Positions 59,660 to 64,000 of a DNA stretch of 64,000 nt are shown here, in pieces (positions within the stretch are counted from its first letter, which is position 1; the number at the start of each line of letters is the position of its first letter). The position numbers and the translations under genes are program-made. Source of the DNA: Candidatus Omnitrophota bacterium (GTDB lineage Bacteria; Omnitrophota; Gorgyraeia; Duberdicusellales; 4484-171); NCBI GenBank assembly GCA_003154195.1, contig PMCS01000030.1:59446-123445 (forward strand), read 5' to 3'. Under the pieces are notes generated by a model. It saw only the letters and a list, made by a program, of their open reading frames with translations, did not search any database and was not told the DNA's origin.

Positions 59660-60394
59660 ATGGCTAAAACCGTAATCAAACTAGGGGTTAACGTCGACCA
59701 TACGGCGACATTGCGCCGGGCCAGGGGCACGGATTATCCCGACCCGGTAGTCGCGGCGATGATTTGCGAGTATGCGGGGTGTGCTTCGATTGTGGCTCAT
59801 TTACGCGAAGACCGGCGCCACATCCAGGAGCGGGACGCCATCCTTATCCGGGATAATATAAAGATACCCTTTAATCTGGAAATGGCCGCGAATAAAGAAA
59901 TAGCCGCTTTCGCTTTAAAAATGCGGCCGGCTCAGGCGACGTTGGTGCCGGAAAAACGGAAAGAACTTACCACCGAAGGCGGGCTGGATCTCGGCAAATA
60001 TTATAAAAAAATAGAAGGAACGGTAAAAAAACTTCAGGACAAAGGGGTTATCGTGAGTTTATTCGTCGATGCGGATAAGCGTAGCATTGAATCAGCGAAG
60101 AAAATAGGCTGCGACTTGATCGAGATAAATACGGGAAGATTTTCTGAAGCTAAAACAACCAGGGAGATCAATCGGGAGTTATCCCGGATAAAAGAAGCGG
60201 CGCAGTTGGCCAGGTCCTTAGGTTTCGCCGTGGCCGCGGGGCACGGCATTAATTATGCCAATGTCCGGGACATCGTAAAGATGCCCGAGATAGAAGAATT
60301 AAATATCGGCCATGCGATAATATCCCGCGCGGTTTACGTGGGGTTAGTCTGCGCGGTGGAAGAGATGATTGGGCTGATGAATAATAGAAAGTAA
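59660..60394 (+). CDS. pdxJ: Pyridoxine 5'-phosphate synthase
   Basis: LGVNVDH.ATLR, HLREDRRHI, TTEGG, AGHG, ELNIGH. Confidence 0.97.
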   Translation: MAKTVIKLGVNVDHTATLRRARGTDYPDPVVAAMICEYAGCASIVAHLREDRRHIQERDAILIRDNIKIPFNLEMAANKEIAAFALKMRPAQATLVPEKRKELTTEGGLDLGKYYKKIEGTVKKLQDKGVIVSLFVDADKRSIESAKKIGCDLIEINTGRFSEAKTTREINRELSRIKEAAQLARSLGFAVAAGHGINYANVRDIVKMPEIEELNIGHAIISRAVYVGLVCAVEEMIGLMNNRK

Positions 60395-60410
60395 GGAGAA
60401 AAGCGTTAAT

Positions 60411-60530
60411 CGGTTAAGGCTATGGTTAGGAAGCCGGTTTGGGTTACGGTAATGGTTAGGGGCTAATACGAGTTTACAGCCTTAACCCTGACCATGGCCC
60501 ATACGGGCATCATTACCCTCGCCCTAACCA
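60411..60530 (-). repeat. GGTTAG-rich element copy 4
   Basis: Inverted match to 34336-34452. Confidence 0.85.
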
Positions 60531-60561
60531 TTTTACATTATATCTCTACTCTATATAAGAT

Positions 60562-60915
60562 ATGGTCATAGGCATAGGTATCGATATCGTAAAAATAGAA
60601 AAAATGAGAGAAGCCGTCGATAAATGGCGGGGCGCTTTTTTGTCGCGAATCTTTAATCCGCAGGAATTGAAAAATATTCAAAAGGGTAAGATTTACTACC
60701 AGCGTCTGGCTGCCCGTTTTGCCGCCAAGGAAGCGGTGATCAAGGCGACATCAAAAAAATATTCGCTCAGTTTTAAGGATATTTTTATTTTAAATAAAAA
60801 AAACGGCGCACCTTATTGTGAGTTGAAAAAAAAACTGGATATCGAAATACTGCTTTCGATCTCTCATATCGAGGACTATGCGGTTGCCACGGCGATTGCT
60901 CAAAAGAAATCCTGA
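60562..60915 (+). CDS. acpS: Holo-ACP synthase
   Basis: GIGIDIV, AARFAAKEA..KA, LSISH. Confidence 0.96.
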   Translation: MVIGIGIDIVKIEKMREAVDKWRGAFLSRIFNPQELKNIQKGKIYYQRLAARFAAKEAVIKATSKKYSLSFKDIFILNKKNGAPYCELKKKLDIEILLSISHIEDYAVATAIAQKKS

Positions 60916-61735
60916 TACGCATAAAGGCGATTATGGCCATGTTTTGGTGGTGGGCGGTTCCCCCGGCCTGACAGGAGCGGTTTGCCTGTGCTGCCGGGCA
61001 GCCTTACGGTCCGGTTGCGGCTTGGTTACCGCGGGTGTCGCCGGATCATTGAACACGATTTTTGAAATTAAGCTTACGGAAGCGATGAGCCTGCCATTAA
61101 GCGAGGAAGACGGTTTTCTTTCTATCGGAGCGTTTAAGGCCGTAGATGATTTTTCTAAAAAAGCGGATGTTTTAGCGATTGGCTGCGGCGCCGGCCGTAA
61201 GCCGGCTGCCGGAAAATTGATTTTAAAGGTGATTAAAGAAATCGATAAACCTTTAGTCGTTGATGCCGACGCTCTTTACGCTGTTTCGTTTGATTTAAAT
61301 GCGCTTAAGCGGAGAGCGGGTACCGGAATAGTCTTGACGCCGCACGCGGGAGAATTCTCTCGCCTGGCCAATAAATCGCCCAGCGCGATAGTGAAACAAA
61401 GAAAAAAACTTGCCAAGGAGTTTGCCGCTGAGTATAATTTAGTCCTTGTGTTGAAGGGGCGTCGGACGATTGTAACCGATGGAGCCGGTCTTTATGAAAA
61501 TAATACCGGCAATCCCGGGATGGCTACTGCCGGCTCCGGCGATGTGTTGGCGGGGATGATTGCCGCGTTTATCGCGCAAGGCCTCGATATTTTTGAGGCA
61601 GCAAAATTCGGCGTTTACCTCCACGGCTTGGCCGGCGATTTGGCGGCCAGAGATAAAACGCAAAACTGTTTGATTGCTTCGGATATTATTGAATATTTGC
61701 CGGAAGCCTTTAAAAGAGAAGAAAGTAGAAGGTAG
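60878..61735 (+). CDS. nnrD: ADP-dependent NAD(P)H-hydrate dehydratase
   Basis: HKGDYG, DADAL, TPH.GEF, LKG, GSGDVLAG. Confidence 0.93.
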   Translation: MRLPRRLLKRNPDTHKGDYGHVLVVGGSPGLTGAVCLCCRAALRSGCGLVTAGVAGSLNTIFEIKLTEAMSLPLSEEDGFLSIGAFKAVDDFSKKADVLAIGCGAGRKPAAGKLILKVIKEIDKPLVVDADALYAVSFDLNALKRRAGTGIVLTPHAGEFSRLANKSPSAIVKQRKKLAKEFAAEYNLVLVLKGRRTIVTDGAGLYENNTGNPGMATAGSGDVLAGMIAAFIAQGLDIFEAAKFGVYLHGLAGDLAARDKTQNCLIASDIIEYLPEAFKREESRR

Positions 61736-61935
61736 AAAGTAGAAGGAAAAACAAAATAGTTTTTCGTTGAAGGGTTGCGTAACTGGAAACGGGTTGCGTT
61801 ATGCGGTATTCGTCAAAAAACGATAAACGCATTACGATAGACGATTCGAGCTACGCAACCGTTAACCAATCGGCGTATTTTTTTGGTTGTTGCTTCGCTA
61901 TTCTTGAACTAATCGACGGTTGTCAGTTTTATAGC

Positions 61936-62008
61936 GCCGACGTAGCTCAGTTGGTAGAGCAGTGGTTTTGTAAACCACAGGCCGGGGGTTCGAGTCCCTT
62001 CGTCGGCT
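61936..62008 (+). tRNA. tRNA-Thr(TGT)
   Basis: GCCGACG/CGTCGGC acceptor, GTGGT-TTTGTAA-ACCAC anticodon arm, GGTTCGA. Confidence 0.97.
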
Positions 62009-62048
62009 TTATGTATAAACCAAAGATAACAAGCGGGATGGGGTTTTA

Positions 62049-62753
62049 ATGAAAAGTAATCTTTTGAACTCCGAACATATTAAGAGTCTTTATTGGGAAA
62101 AAGATTATAATGTTTCTGAAATTGCCCGTAAGGTAGGTATTTCTGCGCGCGCTTTGCACGATTTCATGAATAGGAACAACATACCAAGGCGTTTACCTTC
62201 AGAAGCTGGATATATTGCTAATAAAAATAAACCTCAATTTAGAATCGTAGGTAATCTCGATAATTTTAAACAACAATTAAAAACAGCCGGTCTTATGTTA
62301 TATTGGGCCGAAGGGACATTCAGCGGTAATACTGTTGATTTTGCCAATAGCAATTCTTCCATGATTAAAATATTTCTAAGATTTTTAAGAGAAATTTGTG
62401 GCGTTAAAGAGGAGAGACTGCGAGTTTATCTTTACGCGTATTCATATCAAAATATAGATAATTTAAAGTTATATTGGCATAAGGCAACAGGTATTTCTTT
62501 GAAACAATTTACTAAGCCTTATGTGCGTAGAGGTAATGCTAATTTAAGCAAAAGAAAACTTCTTTATGGGCTCGTTCATATCAGATATAATGATAAACGG
62601 TTATTAAAAATTATTGAAAAGTGGCTCTTTGAATATAGTAATTCGTGGACAGGTACCCAAGTGGTCAACGGGGACAGACTGTGGTTAACGCAGCATTCTG
62701 TTGAAAGGCAGAATGAAAAAGCGGGTGAATTCAGGGAAGCCCTTCTGGGGTAA
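62049..62753 (+). CDS. HTH + LAGLIDADG-like endonuclease; 3' end overlaps tRNA-Tyr exon 1 and the intron
   Basis: N-terminal VSEIARKVGIS HTH; AGLMLYWAEG motif then F.NS....I..FL.FL; AT-richer than neighbours. Confidence 0.75.
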   Translation: MKSNLLNSEHIKSLYWEKDYNVSEIARKVGISARALHDFMNRNNIPRRLPSEAGYIANKNKPQFRIVGNLDNFKQQLKTAGLMLYWAEGTFSGNTVDFANSNSSMIKIFLRFLREICGVKEERLRVYLYAYSYQNIDNLKLYWHKATGISLKQFTKPYVRRGNANLSKRKLLYGLVHIRYNDKRLLKIIEKWLFEYSNSWTGTQVVNGDRLWLTQHSVERQNEKAGEFREALLG

Positions 62754-62960
62754 TCCTGAGCCAAGCCCTTGACGTTATCTGCGTTAAGGGAAGGTGCAGA
62801 GACTAGACTGAAAAGTCGTAGGCCTTTCAGCAGGCCGAAGCGCCCGCCGCCTAAGGTTAAAAAAGCTATGGCGATGAGATAGTCCAAGCCTCGAGGTAAC
62901 TTGAGGGCACTTGAAATCTGTTGCGCTTGCGCTTCGAAGGTTCGAATCCTTCCCTGTCCA
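62647..62960 (+). tRNA. tRNA-Tyr(GTA), split: exon 1 62647-62682, exon 2 62914-62960
   Basis: Spliced 83-nt cloverleaf: GGACAGG/CCTGTCC, ACAGA-CTGT^AAA-TCTGT, long variable arm, GAAGG-TTCGAAT-CCTTC, discriminator A; Thr-Tyr-Gly order. Confidence 0.93.
62683..62913 (+). ncRNA. Group I self-splicing intron (231 nt)
   Basis: U.G at 5' splice site in P1, P AATTCAGGGAA, Q AATCCTGAGC, R GTGCAGAGACTA, S GAGATAGTCC, P3 GCGGGTG/CGCCCGC, P7 GACTA/TAGTC, terminal G. Confidence 0.93.
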
Positions 62961-63080
62961 CTGTTTTCATAATTCCACTGGTGTGGGGATATTGAGTCAG
63001 GCTATCGTGAGGCAAGGCCTAATACATTTTCGGAACAAACAGCCGCTTCGCGGCGCTTTGACTTCGTCAAAGGTTTGTTG

Positions 63081-63098
63081 CGAATCCTTCCCTGTCCA
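63081..63098 (+). repeat. 18-bp direct repeat of tRNA-Tyr 3' end (att-like)
   Basis: CGAATCCTTCCCTGTCCA identical to 62943-62960. Confidence 0.8.
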
Positions 63099-63182
63099 TA
63101 TTTTTGCTTCGCAAAAATATCCGTTTTGATTTCCGCCAAAGGCGGAAATCAAATTAGATAAAATTTGCGAAGCAAATTTTAT

Positions 63183-63256
63183 GCGGGCGTAGTTCAATGG
63201 TAGAACACTAGCCTTCCAAGCTGGATACGTCGGTTCGATCCCGATCGCCCGCTCCA
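63183..63256 (+). tRNA. tRNA-Gly(TCC)
   Basis: GCGGGCG/CGCCCGC acceptor, CTAGC-CTTCCAA-GCTGG arm, encoded CCA. Confidence 0.97.
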
Positions 63257-63367
63257 ATGAGGCTTACGTTTTTTCGAGCCGAAGGCGAAGCCGTCTGTGA
63301 ATGATATTGGTGGTTATCAGCGATCATCCGCATCTTCTTATCGGCGATTATCTGTGCTTAATTTAAT

Positions 63368-64000
63368 ATGAAAAAAATATCAATTTTCGGAGCCGGCGGC
63401 TGGGGCACGACATTAGCGGTAATTCTTGCTAATAAACCGGATTTAACCGTAACCCTCTGGTCGCCTTTTAAAAATGAAGTTGCGGCTATAGTCAAAGATG
63501 CGGAAAACCGAAATTTTCTTGCCGGTATAAAAATTCCCGCTTCTTTAACGGTTACCTCCGATACGGCGCAAGCTTTATCCTCGGAATTATTAATTTTTGC
63601 CATACCTTCGGAATATCTTCGTCAAACCTTGAGAACGATCAAAAAGGTAAATAGCGATTTAGAGCAAAAAATCATTCTTAGCGTTGTTAAGGGCATTGAA
63701 ATAAAAAGCCTTAAGCGGCCGAGTGAAATTATTCGGGAAGAATTAGGTTTAAAGCCATCGAATATTGTTGTTCTTTGCGGCCCGAATATCGCCAGGGAAA
63801 TAGCTAAGGGGTTGCCGGCAGTCTCAACCGCTGCGTCATCGGATATCAAAAGCGCCGCCTACGTGCAGAAAATCTTTGAGCATACGCCGCTGCGTGTTTA
63901 TGCCAATACCGATGTTGTCGGCGTAGAAATCGCCGCCTCGCTTAAAAACATCATCGCGATTGCTTGCGGAATTTCCGACGGCCTGGGGTTCGGCACAAAT
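63368..64000 (+). CDS. gpsA: NAD(P)H-dependent glycerol-3-phosphate dehydrogenase (runs off window)
   Basis: MKKISIFGAGGWGTTLA, KGIE, GPNIA.E, D..GVE..LKNIIAIACG. Confidence 0.95.
   Translation, partial: MKKISIFGAGGWGTTLAVILANKPDLTVTLWSPFKNEVAAIVKDAENRNFLAGIKIPASLTVTSDTAQALSSELLIFAIPSEYLRQTLRTIKKVNSDLEQKIILSVVKGIEIKSLKRPSEIIREELGLKPSNIVVLCGPNIAREIAKGLPAVSTAASSDIKSAAYVQKIFEHTPLRVYANTDVVGVEIAASLKNIIAIACGISDGLGFGTN

Noticed and set aside
61801-62049. 82-aa ORF
   Set aside because: Overlaps tRNA-Thr and repeat DNA; no recognisable protein features
62683-62913. Firm subgroup call (IC3) for the intron
   Set aside because: Cores resemble tRNA-Leu IC3 introns, but extra hairpins after P7 do not fit; needs covariance models
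63061-63098. Additional tRNA gene
   Set aside because: Only a 3' fragment; no matching 5' acceptor strand or D arm
62576-63257. ORFs 62576-62887(-), 62911-63129(+), 62997-63257(-)
   Set aside because: Shadows of the intron and tRNA genes
1-64000. CRISPR array or cas genes
   Set aside because: No regularly spaced identical repeats with unique spacers; repeats are dispersed palindromes and no Cas-like ORF is evident

Overview
Bacterial chromosomal window, nearly all coding on the + strand. The giant-protein architecture and repeat landscape suggest a PVC-group lineage such as Ca. Omnitrophota (inference only). (1) 1-35.8 kb: large surface-glycan locus with GT2/GT4/GT26 and polytopic membrane proteins, priming transferase, O-antigen ligase-like protein, flippase, rmlA/rmlB, gmd, a DegT aminotransferase, several SAM methyltransferases and three B12-radical SAM enzymes. 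It is interrupted by a fused MNT-HEPN gene and a vapBC pair. (2) 36-39.4 kb: small genes including yggS and a GxxExxY nuclease-like gene bracketed by inverted repeats. (3) 40.2-52.1 kb: two tandem paralogous giant exported proteins with conserved N- and C-termini and unrelated middles punctuated by (A/S)SP(V/L) motifs. (4) 54-64 kb: housekeeping block tilS-ftsH-folP-cdaA-mini-cdaR-pdxJ-acpS-nnrD, a tRNA-Thr/Tyr/Gly cluster, and gpsA. Top finds: a cryptic tRNA-Tyr(GUA) split at anticodon position 35/36 by a 231-nt group I intron, overlapped by an upstream HTH-LAGLIDADG-like ORF whose stop codon is recreated by splicing; the modular giant-protein pair; a GxxExxY cassette with an internally deleted copy; and an IS200/IS605-like miniature element inserted in frame in a membrane protein. 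All calls come from reading the sequence and ORF track; no searches were run.
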